Shown piece after piece: positions 30,682-42,337 of a DNA stretch of 64,000 bases. The DNA is from an uncultured delta proteobacterium (lineage in GTDB: Bacteria; Desulfobacterota; Zymogenia; Zymogenales; Zymogenaceae), in NCBI GenBank assembly GCA_963735595.1, contig CAVTLK010000005.1:512001-576000 (forward strand). Direction: 5' to 3'. The translations under genes and the position numbers were made by a program. The notes below the pieces were generated by a model. That model made no database searches. It was not told the origin of the DNA and saw nothing but the letters and a program-made list of their open reading frames with translations. Positions within the stretch are counted from its first letter, which is position 1, and each line of letters begins with the position of its first letter.

Positions 30682-33600
30682 TCACTTCGACAGCACGTCA
30701 TTGAGCAGTGCGACTAACGCATCGACGTTAAAAGGTTTCTCGATGTACCTGTTATTGGTGGTCTGTAGGAATAATAGCGTATCTTTGTTCAGGACGTCCC
30801 CGGTTATGAAAACGACCTTGTCCGCTATCTCGGGGTGGTGCTTATGGATATAGATGAACAGCCCCTTTCCGTCAATTCCCGGCATCTTAATGTCAGATAT
30901 CACCGCATCGTATTTTCGCTTCTCGATTAGACGTATGGCTTCCTCCCCGGATGAAGCCGCCTCAATAAAGAACCCTCCCTCGGTAAGGGATTCCTCCAGG
31001 AGGTTCCGGAGCGACTCCTCGTCCTCTACCACGAGCACGGTCTTAACGCCTTTCGGCACCTTTACGGGGGTCTTGACCTCCTCTCCTTTCTCTTCTTCTC
31101 TCTCTTCCGTCATCGGAAGCGTCACGATAAACTTTGTACCCTTGCCCGGTTCGCTTTCCGCTGAGATGGTTCCACCGTGCTCCTTGATAATACCGTAGGC
31201 CATGCTGAGCCCAAGGCCCGTTCCCTTCCCAACTTCCTTTGTGGTAAAGAACGGATCGAATATCTTCTTGACCAACTCCTTGTCAATACCCGGGCCGTTA
31301 TCCTCGAACTCTATTAGGATAGCATTATCTTTTCTGTAAGTTCTGATGATAAGCGCCGCTTTCTCGCGATCGGCAAGCGCATCGCGGGCGTTATTGATGA
31401 TGTTGATAAAGACCTGGTGAAGCTGGTAGGCATCGGCGTATGTCTCGGAGAGATCCTCGGAAAACAAAGTCCCCACGGAAATATTGCTGACCTTTAAATC
31501 GTATTCCCTGAGCTTGAGCGCTTCCATCAGGGTATTGTTGATATTGACCATCTTGCGTTCCGGCTTGTGCTCCCGGGCGAACGCCAACAACCCGCCGACT
31601 ATCTTTGAAGATCGTATCGATTCTTTGAGGATGACGCTCAGTTTGTTCTTGATGTCCGCGGGCACGTCTCGTTTCGCAAGCAACTGCGCGTTGCCGATGA
31701 TCGAGGTGAGCGGGTTGTTGAGCTCGTGGGCTACACCGGAGATCATCGTGCCCACGGCCGAGAGTTTCTCGGTCTGCAGAAGCTGAAGTTCCAGATTTCT
31801 CTTTTCCGTGATGTCTCTCACCACGCCCTGAAAACCGACGGCGTTTCCATCCTTGTCCGTTATGGAAGTAACCGTCACCAGGGCATTGATCAGCGTACCG
31901 TCCTTCTTCTTTAGCTTCAGCTCGCGGGAGTCAATAAATCCTTTTCTCAGTACTTCCTTCACGAATTTTTCACGATCTTCAGGATCGGCATAAAAATCGA
32001 CTATATTCAGGTTTTTGAACTCTTCTGGTGAATAACCGGACAGCCTTCTTACCGCCTGATTTACATCGATGATCCTGCCATCCAGTGCAGCGATATATAT
32101 GAAATCCGGGGATGTCTCAAACAGGTTCCTGAACTTTTCCTCGGATTCCCTCAGTGCTTCTTCCGCCCGCCTGCGGTCGGTGACGTCGTGGATAATGGAA
32201 TGCAGAAGTTCTTTTCCTTTTGCCTCGATTTTGCTGCTGAATACCTCCACATCCCTAACGGAGCCGTCCGCCCTCCGATGATGAAACTCAAAATGAACAC
32301 GTTCTAATGATCTCACTTTTTCTATCTCTTTCTTAACTTCATCGGGCGGGAGCGTGTTGATATCCTGGATACTCATTTCTTTGAGTCGTTCAATCGGCCA
32401 GCCGTAAAATCTTGCCGCAGCTTTGTTCGCTTCGACAATACGCCCGGTATCCGGATCAATGATCAGCTTGACGGCGGCGTGGTACTCGAACAATTTTCTG
32501 AAAAGCTCCTCGCTCTGTCGAAGTTCCTCTTCGGCTTTCCTGCGCCCGGTCAAGTCCCGGGCGATGCCTACGGTGCCGACGACCTCTCCTCGTTCATCGA
32601 AGATCGGGGTCTTGATCGTCTCTATCCAGTTAATCTTCCCCTGTTTATCAGCCAGGGGCTCTTCGACGATCTTTACAGTCCCCAAACGCATGACCTCTCT
32701 ATCGTCCTCCTGGTAACGCCGGGCCAGGTCTTCGGGCCATATGTCAAGATCGCTTTTGCCGATGAGATCCTCGGAGGAAAAACCGCACGATCGACCGAAA
32801 GGATCGTTGACTGCGAGGAATCGGCCCTCCGCATCCTTGAGCCAGGCAATTTCGGGAATGTTGTTGATAAGGGCCTTAAGGCGGCGCTCCGATTCAAGAA
32901 GGGATGCGGTGAGCTGCCCAGCTCTTCCTCGGCTCGCTTTTGTTCGGTGATGTCAGTTATCAGACCCGTAAAACCGATAACGGAACCGGCCTCAACGATG
33001 GGATTGGATGACGAGCGGACATACCGATAAGAGCCGGTTTTTGTGATAGTTCTAAATACCGCCTCTTTTTTGATTCCTTCTAAAGATTGTCTAAAGACGG
33101 AGATGAGCTTTGGAAGATCTTCTGGATGAATGAATTCGGCGAAGTTCTTCTTCATATATTCATCTGCGCTAAAGCCCGATATATTCTCAGCAACCGGGCT
33201 GATATACATGACTGTTCCGTTTAAGTCGATATTGAATACGACATCGTTGATGTTCTCCACGAGGGAACGGTATTTCTCCTCATTTTTTCTAAGCGCCTCT
33301 TCAGCCAGCTTGCGATCGGTGGTTTCTTTCATGATTTCCAAAGCGCATTGCCGGCCGTCGGGAAGCGAGATTGGCAGTGAGTGGATCTCGAGCCACGAGC
33401 CGTCCTCCATCCGGGTCTCCCGGACATGGATTGTCTTATCGGCGAGCGAGCGGGCGGCAGTGCAGTATTCGCAGGGAAAACTACTCTTCCGGTAATGCTT
33501 GTGGCACTTCTTGCCAAGCCCGCCGCCGTACTTCTCTCGAGACGCCCGGTTCTGAAACACCAGCACCATATCCTTATCGATGATGTCTATCGGATCGGGC

Positions 33601-35051
33601 ATCGCATTGATGATGCTTTCGTTGAACTCCTTGATGTAACCTATATCCCGTTGGGCCTGTTCCTCGCGTTGTTTTGACTCGATGGCCCGAAGTGCGTAAC
33701 CGACATCCCCGGCGACTTCCTCCAACAGCTTGATTTCCTCGGCATCGAAGAGATCTGTCCGATCGGCATAGACGTTCAGTGCCCCATAAATATTCTTTCC
33801 ATGAAAGATGGGGGTCGCGATTGAACTCTTATACCCTCTCTTCTCAGCCTCTTTTCGCCACGGCGCGTATTGTGGTACTGTTAAATCCTTTAAAACGGAT
33901 GTTTTCCCGGTCTTTATCGCCATCCCGGTCGGCCCCATCCCCGTCGCTTCACCGTCCCAGGTCATCTTGACCTTTGTGAGATACCCGTCTTCATATCCGT
34001 AATGGGCGGCCGGCACGACCCTTTTGTGGCCCTCTTCAATCATCCCTATCCAGACCAATCGGTACCCGCTCAGCTCCGAGAGAATATGACACACGTCTTC
34101 TAGGAGCTTCTCTTTGTCCTTTTCCTTTACGATAACTTGGTTAACAGTTCGGATTGATTTCAGCAGGCGATTGAGATGAGCGATATGTTCCTCGGCACGT
34201 TTGCGCTTCGTGATATCGTTCACGACAATGTAAAGGCCCTTGACCTTCCCGTCAGAGCCGATATTTGGTATATACGTGACCAGTCCGTATATCGTGTCTC
34301 CGGAGGATACTTCGATCGGCGCCTCGAAAGTGATCCGTTGGCCGGATAGGGCTTGCTTTACGTAGGGCTTTGACCGCCGGAAGGCTTCATCCCCGATCAC
34401 TTCCGGTATCGTACGTCCCAGGATCGATTCCGGTTTTTGACCGTGCCACCGTTCATACTGGGCATTGGCAAACAGATAGCGGAGCTTGCGGTCCACTTGG
34501 GCGACGGTGCCGGGCAGGTTATCGGCAATGGCCGAGAGAAGTTTTTCTCGTTTTAGAAGCTCCTCCACGGCCCGCGCGATCGCGGTGATATCGTTTCTCT
34601 TTTCCTGTCCATCCGGCCTATCCCGATCTATCTTCTCCTGCGCTTTTCCGAGCGAGACACGAGCTTTTTTTCGCTCGATGCCGTACAGCAGAGAACGTAT
34701 CAGCGCAAATGCGGTGATATGCCCTTTCACAAGGTAATCCTGGGCACCCGCCTGTAGCGCAGATAACGCGATGGACTCATTTTCAGTAACGGAACAGACG
34801 ATTATGGGGACATCGGAGGCAACGGGTTTCAGCTTTTTTAGCGTATCAATACCTTCACTGTCGGGGAGGTTAAGGTTAAGGAGGACAATATCAAACCGTT
34901 TTCTCGCCAAGATATCCTGCGCCGATGAAAGCCGATCGACCGTTTCCACGATGAACAGGCCTTTTTGCCCTTTGGCAAGCAGGTCCGTGATTGCCCGGGC
35001 ATCGAGGACATTGTCCTCGACGACGAGGACCCGTATCGATTCTTTTTTCAT
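30682..35051 (-). CDS. Large hybrid sensor kinase (REC-PAS-GAF-multiple PAS-HisKA-HATPase-REC), frameshifted at 32917-32919
   Basis: Adding one base at CTGGGCAG restores EEELxQLTASLLESERRLKALINNIP and joins the two ORFs; GVAHELNNPL and GKGTGLGL motifs; lower GC than flanks. Confidence 0.92.
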
Positions 35052-35725
35052 CTGAATATCTCTCCCGTTGTACGATGCAAGGTTGCCTTCATAAGATATG
35101 AAAAGAGGGAAGCGGATTTACTATTGAACGGTGCAATGAGAAATATAACTGTAATTATATAATATCTTAGGGCGTTTGTCGAGATACCATCGGTACCTTA
35201 TATGTTCATATATGCATGTATCCTCGATAATTATGAGATGTTCGGCTCTTTTTTTGTACATATCCATACGTTCAAACCGAAACCTTTATATAGGAGTTAC
35301 CACTTTAAAATAGTGAAGACAAATCCAATCGGATAATACCCTGCCTCGGAAATCGAGGATGACAGCAAAGGGGTTTCAGTTATTTCAGGCATTTGGAGCC
35401 TGTAGAAATAGAAATATAGGAATTGGTGGGAGCGATCCGCACGCGATGGAAGCGGACTTGCCGGCAGTTACCGTCCGAGTTGCCGCGCTGCCTTCGGCTT
35501 CTCGAAGGGGGAAATTCCGTGTTGATGTCAAGGAAGTTTCAGGACAAGTTCGGCATGGGGATCATCGCGCTCATCATCAAGAGAAACGAGATCAACAAAG
35601 CGAATAGTGCTGAAGCACGGAAGAAACTGATCGAGGAGTTCGAGATCAACGCGGCGATGCTTGACCGGGGCCTGGAATACCTGATAATCTCTAATCATTA
35701 TAGCGGTTTTTTTAATTACTGCCGG

Positions 35726-37345
35726 CTACTTGGCCGGGCATTGAATCTTCTTCAGCTTTTCGGCATAGACGAAGTTGTCGTCGTTTTCGGGGTTGTGGCA
35801 GGAGATACAGTCGGTCGCCGAGGTGAGGTGGCGCATCTTGTTGGCCGTGTTGTCCTTGACGTGCAGGCTCCCCGGTCCGTGGCAGACCTCGCACTGGACG
35901 CCCAGGAGGTCCTTCGCCGTCAGGATATTGTTGAATCCCCCGGGCTTGCGGTAGCCGGTGGTGTGGCAGGCGATACAGTTCGGCTCGAACTGCCGCTCGT
36001 CTTCCCGGAGGGTCTCATAGGCCTTCACGTGTGCGGTCCCGGAGACAAAGGAGTATATCCTGGTGTGGCATACTTTGCAGCTTTCCATCCCCACGTAGTG
36101 GGGCTCGACCGAGAGAGAGGAGGTATCACGCCTGCCTTCCTCGAGCAGCGATTCCTTTTCCTGGTTCTTTATCTCCAGGAGCTTGTCGGCGTACTTCTTG
36201 AAAATACCCCTTACATCCGGGTCGTCCGCAAGGCTCGCATCCAGAGCGATCAGGGACGCCGTCACGGTGTTCGGATGCTCCGCATCCGGCCCCTCTCCCA
36301 GCTTTTCGAGCCTCTTATTTACCTGCTCCATTTCGTCGGTGACGACCTCTTCGATCGCTGCGACGTCCTTACCCTCTTTCTTCTGGGCCTCGATATCGGC
36401 AATGAAGATATCGAGCTGCTTCTTCCTCATGATCAGCTCCCGGTGCTCGAAGGAGTCCGATTTTTCGCTTCCTGCAATAAAGAAGTTATAGGGGCGTTTG
36501 GTATCGCCGATCGAGAAATCCAGCCGGTCGATATACTTGCCCCGGGCGAATATCTCGGTAATCAGGGTGTTTTTCTCGGTGATCGGCTGGTAGAGGTTGA
36601 TATCGCCCCCGTGGCCCACGATAATCAGGTCGACGGCGTCAAAGCCCTTCGCCAGGACCTTGGCGTCGTTGGTGCCGGTATGGGCGAGCACCACGATGAA
36701 GTCGGCCTTGTTCTCAAGCTCCCGTATGACGGCGGCCAGCGCGTTCTCCGGATCGGATAGGATGATCCCGAGCTCCTCCTGACGCGTGGCCTTAAAGTCC
36801 GTATCCTTCCCGATGACCGAGGTTATGCCGACCCGAAATCCGTTGACCTTGACGACGGTATAGGGCTCAAAGACGTACTTATTGGTCTTCGCGTCCAGTA
36901 CGTTGGCGGCAATAAACGGGAAATCGGCCGTCTTTTCGAGGTCCTTGAGGTAGTCCAGACCCAGCGCGAATTCCTTTTCGCCCAGCCCCAGGGCGGTCCA
37001 TCCCATCGCGTTATACGACTCGATGATCTTCCTGCCCTGGATAGCAAGCGTGATGTCGGGGTCGTCGCCGTAGTTATAGTCATGGAACAACAGGTCGCCC
37101 GCGTCCAGGAGGAGAAGGTCCTTAACTTCTTCCCGCACCGTACCGATATATGTCGCCTTTCTTGGCAGACCGCCAATTTGGTTGGATTTTCACCCACAGG
37201 GCTCGGTCTCGCCGAGGACATCGTTGCTGTAGACGATCGTGAAGTCGGCGGCCGGCGGCGTGTAGTTATCGCAGTACGATACGCCCATAAAGATGAAGAA
37301 GAGAGCCAGAACTATCGCGATGTTGGGCCGGAGGGTCTTACGCAT
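35726..37345 (-). CDS. Exported selenoprotein: UshA/5'-nucleotidase-like domain with CGU motif plus tetraheme cytochrome c (c554-like) domain
   Basis: ATG 37345 reads MRKTLRPNIAIVLALFFIFMGVSYC...YSNDVLGETEPCG-TGA(37192-37190)-KSNQIGGLPRKATYI in frame with the annotated ORF. LLDAGD motif, four CxxCH motifs, SECIS-like hairpin after the TGA. Confidence 0.88.
37162..37192 (-). promoter_or_regulatory. Sec UGA codon and bacterial SECIS element
   Basis: UGA, 13 nt, then UUGGC-GGUCU-GCCAA, similar to the E. coli fdhF SECIS apex GCAGGUCUGC. Confidence 0.82.
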
Positions 37346-37571
37346 CAAGGTACTCCAAAGATATTTTTGTTATTATACGATATGGGGGGGAAGCTGTCAA
37401 TACCGGATGCGTACCCACCCCGCGGGATACATGCCGTTTACCCCCGAAATTTGTCTTGAATAACACTATACGAATGATACAATATACTATGTGCCGTCCC
37501 CGGACGTGACATGGATTTCCGGAGCCGTACCCCGCGTTAAACAGAGCGGATCTTTTTGAAGAGGTGTCGTA

Positions 37572-39338
37572 ATGAAGAAAGAATGGCAAGAGGTCTTTTC
37601 CAAATACCTGAACCGCCGGGATTTCCTCGGCTCGGCGTCAAAAACGCTGCTCGCGCTGGCGTCCGTCCCGCTTCTCGGTTCCCGGGCCGCCGCGGCCGTG
37701 CCGATGGGCCTGGGCATTACGGCGTCGGGGCCCGGCCCCAGGACGCTGCTGACTAACGGGCTGGTTGTCGACGGCACCGGCACGGCGGGATACATCGGGA
37801 GCGTGCTGATTTCAGGCGATACTATCACTGACGTCGCTCCCGGTACGCTAAGCGCGGGCAATGCTGCGGTCATCGACTGCACGGACAAGGTAATTGCCCC
37901 CGGCTTTATCGACGCCCATTCGCACATGGACTGGTACCTGCCGGTCGCGGGGCACGACGATCTCAAGACGCCGTTTACCGCGCAGGGGATCACCACGTTC
38001 GTGGCGGGCAACTGCGGATACGGCGTGGCGGGTTTCAAGAAGGACACGCCCCACCGGGACCTCATCACCGCTTGGAAGAAGGGGTTGTTGGACGTCACGT
38101 GGGACACGATGGAGGACTACTTTGCCCGGCTCAGACAGGTCGGGATGACCCATAACCTGGTCAATCTCGCCGGACACGGCACGACCCGAACCTCCATCCG
38201 CGGCTTTGAGGCCGGACCGATGGCGGATGCGGAGATGACGGAGATGCTCTCGCTCCTTGAGGCCGCGATAGACCAGGGGGCTTACGGCGTCTCATTCGGC
38301 CTCCAGTACGAGCCGGGCCTGTTCGCGTCGACCGGCGAGATCACCAGGATCTGCGAGCTCGTGAAAAAGAAGGACAAGGTCGTCACCGTCCACTCGAAGG
38401 CCTACTCGACGCTCTCGGGCACCTACCCGATGAAACCGCTCGGGGCGCCCCACAACCTGATCGCCCTCAAGGAGATGCTGGATATCGCCAAGCAGACCGG
38501 GGTCAGGCTCGAGCTCTCCCACCTGATCTTTGTCGGGTCCCTGACCTGGAAGAACTACGACACGGCGCTTAAGATGATCGATGATGCAATCGCCGACGGC
38601 GTTGACGTGGCGTTTGATACCTATGCGTATCACTGCGGCACGTCCCACATTAACGTCTTCTTCCCGCCCGAGTTTCTGGCGAGGGCGCCGGAGGTCTACG
38701 ACGACGAGGCCGCGCTCAGAGGCATCAAGCTTCAATTCACCTTTATCGTCAATGTCCTCGGGTTCGGGTTTGACGACATTCAGATCACTTACGCCGGCGT
38801 GGACGATCTCAATCAGTATAACGGCATGTTCCTCTCGGAGATCGCCCGGGCCCGTGGGATGGACGATTTTACCAACTTCTTTGATATCGCCAAGCGGTCA
38901 AACGGCGTCGCACGGGTGCTCAACCACCGCTATTCCAACGTTGAGATCGTCGAGGAGCTGATGAAGCACCCGAGGTCGCTCTTCATGACCGACGCCTCCG
39001 TGGAGGAGACGGGGGTGCAGAACCCGGCCTGTTTCGGGTGCTTCCCGAGGTTCCTGGAGTGGTCGCGGGATAAAAAACTCCTCACGCTCGAAGAAGCGGT
39101 CAGGAAGATGACCGGCGCCACGGCCGAGCGGTTCGGCGTTGTGGATCGCGGGTTATTACGGAAAGGGGCACCGGCGGATATCACGGTCTTTGACTGGAAC
39201 ACCGTCAAGGACAACAATACGGTGTCGGAGACCAGCAACGCCCCCACGGGTATCGAATACGTCTTCATCAACGGGAAGAGGGTATTGAAGGGCGGGGTCG
39301 TCGATCCCAAGATCAAGGCCGGGGTCGTGGTCGGATAG
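37572..39338 (+). CDS. Tat-exported amidohydrolase, N-acyl-D-amino-acid deacylase family
   Basis: NRRDFL Tat motif; APGFIDAHSH, QGITT..GNCG, FPRFL, EAVRKMTG and ADITVFD motifs. Confidence 0.92.
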   Translation: MKKEWQEVFSKYLNRRDFLGSASKTLLALASVPLLGSRAAAAVPMGLGITASGPGPRTLLTNGLVVDGTGTAGYIGSVLISGDTITDVAPGTLSAGNAAVIDCTDKVIAPGFIDAHSHMDWYLPVAGHDDLKTPFTAQGITTFVAGNCGYGVAGFKKDTPHRDLITAWKKGLLDVTWDTMEDYFARLRQVGMTHNLVNLAGHGTTRTSIRGFEAGPMADAEMTEMLSLLEAAIDQGAYGVSFGLQYEPGLFASTGEITRICELVKKKDKVVTVHSKAYSTLSGTYPMKPLGAPHNLIALKEMLDIAKQTGVRLELSHLIFVGSLTWKNYDTALKMIDDAIADGVDVAFDTYAYHCGTSHINVFFPPEFLARAPEVYDDEAALRGIKLQFTFIVNVLGFGFDDIQITYAGVDDLNQYNGMFLSEIARARGMDDFTNFFDIAKRSNGVARVLNHRYSNVEIVEELMKHPRSLFMTDASVEETGVQNPACFGCFPRFLEWSRDKKLLTLEEAVRKMTGATAERFGVVDRGLLRKGAPADITVFDWNTVKDNNTVSETSNAPTGIEYVFINGKRVLKGGVVDPKIKAGVVVG

Positions 39339-39365
39339 GATGGATCGCTGATGTAATTAATTATA

Positions 39366-39398
39366 ACGGCGCTGCCCGGTTTACCCGGGCAGCGCCGT
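39366..39398. terminator. Strong hairpin or terminator between convergent genes
   Basis: ACGGCGCTGCCCGG-tttac-CCGGGCAGCGCCGT, a 14-bp stem. Confidence 0.7.
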
Positions 39399-39435
39399 CA
39401 CAGCCTCAGTTACGGGGCCCCCTCGAAGGGCGCCC

Positions 39436-41112
39436 CTATTTTTTCGCCCCTTTTGCCCGCTCCAGCTCCATCTCCCTCAGCTTCCGCCGCAGGACCTTTC
39501 CGATCACGCTCTTCGGAAGCTCGTCCATGAACTCGACGGCCTTCGGGACCTTATAAGCGGCCAGGTTCTTCTTGCAGTAGTCGATGACCTCGTCGGTGGT
39601 CAGCACCTCTCCCGGTTTGACGACGATAAACGCCTTGATCGTTTCGCCCCGGTACTTGTCCGGCACTCCCGCGGCGCACGCCTCCAGGATCTTCGGGTGC
39701 TCGTAGAGGAGGTTGTCTATCTCAACGGGGTAGATATTATACCCACCGGCGATGACCATATCCTTTTTCCGGTCCACGACGGAGAGGTAGCCGTCTTTAT
39801 CGAAAGACCCGATGTCACCGGTATAAAACCACCCGTTCTTAACGACCTCTTTGGTCTCGTTGGGTTTGTTGTAGTATCCCATCATCAGCTGGGGGCCCTT
39901 GATGATAATTTCACCCGTCTCGCCGGGCCCGAGCTCTTTCTTGCCGGTATCCGCGTCCATGACCTTGACGTCCGTGTCGGGCAGCGGGATACCCACGGTT
40001 CCCGCCTTTATCGTCCCGCTGCTGGGGGTCATGGTCGCCGCCGGCGAGACCTCGGTCATCCCGTAGATCTCGGACATGGTGGCGCCGGTAAGATCCTTGA
40101 GGTCCCGCAGCGTCTCCGGCGCCAGGGGCGCGGCGGCGGAAAAGAACCCTTTTATGAAGGCGAGGTCCATCTTGCGGAATTCCGGGTCGTTGAGGAGGCC
40201 GACGAAGATCGTTGGAACGCCGGGCAGCCACTGCGGCCTGGTCCGCTTGAGCATCTCGATGATCCCCTTCGGCTCGGGACGGGGTATCAGGATCTGCTGC
40301 CAGCCCATCCAGATGATGAAACAGCTGATGAAGTTGCCGGCCGAATGGAACAACGGGTAGGTCGCCACCATCGAATCCTTCCCGAACTCGAGATCGGGAA
40401 ACCATGCTCGAACCTGCTGCACGTTCGCGGAGAGGTTCTTGTGGGAGAGCATGACGCCCTTGCTGACACCCGTGGTCCCGCCGGTGTAGATGATCGTGGC
40501 GAGGTTATCCCACGCGCTGGCGTCCTTGACGGCGTCCTTCGGGTATTTCTTTATCAGGCTGCTGAACTCGTGGACGGTTTCGGTTTCCTCGATCTCCCGG
40601 TGCATCGCCTTTTTCACGTACGGGAAGAGCTGCTTTTTAGGAAACGGCAAGTATGAATGAATATGACAGGCGATTATCTTCTTTATCTTGGTCCGGGGCA
40701 TCAACCCCAGCATGCGGGGCACCAGGAGCGACATGGTGACGATGATTTTTGCGCCCGAGTCGTTGAGCTGGTACTCAAGCTCGCGCTCGGTATAGAGGGG
40801 ATTGTTCTGCGCGATGACCGCCCCGATGCGGAAGATCGCGAGGTCCGCGATGACCACCTGGGGGATGTTCGGGAGACACACCGCCACGTTGTCCCCTTTC
40901 TTCACGCCCAGGCCGATTAGCGCCTTCGCGAAACGGTTGACCATATCGTTGAGCTCTTTATAGGTGTATTTCTTGCCCATATATTCGAGGGCAGGGCTGT
41001 TCGGATAGTTCTCCGCAGTCCTGGTCAGCACCTGGGAGATAGTGACCTTCTCGTAGTCAACGCTTCGGGGAACACCGGGGGGGTAAAACTTGTACCATAC
41101 TTTTTCCGCCAT
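39436..41112 (-). CDS. Long-chain fatty-acid--CoA ligase
   Basis: YTGGTTGVSKG, YGMTE, GWFYTGDIG, DRKKDM and LPKSVIGKVLRR motifs. Confidence 0.95.
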   Translation of the reverse strand: MAEKVWYKFYPPGVPRSVDYEKVTISQVLTRTAENYPNSPALEYMGKKYTYKELNDMVNRFAKALIGLGVKKGDNVAVCLPNIPQVVIADLAIFRIGAVIAQNNPLYTERELEYQLNDSGAKIIVTMSLLVPRMLGLMPRTKIKKIIACHIHSYLPFPKKQLFPYVKKAMHREIEETETVHEFSSLIKKYPKDAVKDASAWDNLATIIYTGGTTGVSKGVMLSHKNLSANVQQVRAWFPDLEFGKDSMVATYPLFHSAGNFISCFIIWMGWQQILIPRPEPKGIIEMLKRTRPQWLPGVPTIFVGLLNDPEFRKMDLAFIKGFFSAAAPLAPETLRDLKDLTGATMSEIYGMTEVSPAATMTPSSGTIKAGTVGIPLPDTDVKVMDADTGKKELGPGETGEIIIKGPQLMMGYYNKPNETKEVVKNGWFYTGDIGSFDKDGYLSVVDRKKDMVIAGGYNIYPVEIDNLLYEHPKILEACAAGVPDKYRGETIKAFIVVKPGEVLTTDEVIDYCKKNLAAYKVPKAVEFMDELPKSVIGKVLRRKLREMELERAKGAKK

Positions 41113-41543
41113 CATCTGCTCCTTATTGGTATTTCGTACAATATACAATAGGCCACGCGGTATTGTTACGGCCCCGATCGCGCCCCTGTGGCCGTGCCTT
41201 TTTCTAAGGGAATAATTATGTACCAGTCAAGATGTGGAGCAACAAAACGAGGATATAGTATCAGGATTTTTGCATACGTGCAAGTTTTGTTGTCGTCGGG
41301 GCCGGGGAAAACAGGGCCGATCCCACGGCCGCAGCTCCGGAACTTACTAACGGCGGACGGGCGTTGGGGGAAGCAGCGATCGTCCAGGGGGACGGACGGG
41401 TGCCCGTCGGGTGCGGGTGGTCGTTATCGGGGATCTATGGTCTGAGATTGTGGAAGGGTGGCGCGGCAGATAGGACCGGCGGATTTCACCGGTTCCGGCG
41501 GCCATGACATCGAGGGAATCGACGCGGCGCCTGAGCCCCGGCC

Positions 41544-41987
41544 TCAGTAGTTATAGTACGTGTCGTTGTAGTTGTCGTATACGTTGTAGTACATGTCGCT
41601 GTAGCTGTCGGAATAATTGTAGTAGTTGAAGGCGTCCGAATAGTTATAGTAGGTGGAGTTCGTGTAAGCGGTGTACGTGTCGTTATAGTTGTCGTATACG
41701 TTGTAGTACATGTCGCTGTAGCTGTCAGAATAATTGTAGTAATTAAAGGCGTCCGAATAGTTATAGTAGTTGTTATAGCCGCCCCCGCCGCCGTCCGAGT
41801 AGTTATAGTAGAGGTTCGCGTACCCGCCGTAACACTCGTCCTGGCCCTGCGTTACGACGGCGGTGACGCCGAGGGTGCCCAGCAGCGCGGCGCCCTTGGC
41901 CATACGCACCAGCGCCTCGCGCCGGCTGAGCTTCTCCGGCCGTTTCGTTACTTCTTCCTGGGATGTTTTCTTCTTCTTGTCTTTCAT
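41544..41987 (-). CDS. Twin-arginine-leader peptide with Tyr/Asn/Asp-rich repetitive core (candidate RiPP precursor)
   Basis: LSRREAL plus hydrophobic helix; 33 Tyr in the last 95 aa; the internal duplication differs only at synonymous sites. Confidence 0.85.
   Translation of the reverse strand: MKDKKKKTSQEEVTKRPEKLSRREALVRMAKGAALLGTLGVTAVVTQGQDECYGGYANLYYNYSDGGGGGYNNYYNYSDAFNYYNYSDSYSDMYYNVYDNYNDTYTAYTNSTYYNYSDAFNYYNYSDSYSDMYYNVYDNYNDTYYNY
41556..41769. repeat. 97-bp direct repeat, period 117 bp, inside the Tyr-rich peptide gene
   Basis: 41556-41652 versus 41673-41769: four mismatches, all synonymous in the minus-strand frame. Confidence 0.95.
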
Positions 41988-42337
41988 CGGTGCTGCTCTC
42001 GGGTATTCGTTTTCTGGATACGAACCGTTGTGATGAGATCCCCCGCCGATGGCTGTTACCCAATGTCAGCGGCGTCCCCCTGTTTATGTTAAATATACTA
42101 TACGTGATGCGGCCCGATGTGTCAACTGATTCCGCGCGAGAGCGCCGCGTTTTAACGCGGGTAATTTGCCGTGCGTGATACAGATCGATACGCACGTTCA
42201 TACTGCTTCGGGGAATACGCCCGCATGTCTTCGCCACATTTTCCCGACAATCCTCTTGACTTTCTTGGCCATCCGGCTAATATACTATGTTATTACTTTG
42301 ACCGTTCGGAGCACGTCCGAAAATAACGGGAGCACCC

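Noticed and set aside
41544..41820. Repeats considered as a CRISPR array or a diversity-generating retroelement template/variable pair
   Set aside because: No unique spacers, cas genes or reverse transcriptase; the differences are synonymous, as expected for a coding repeat.
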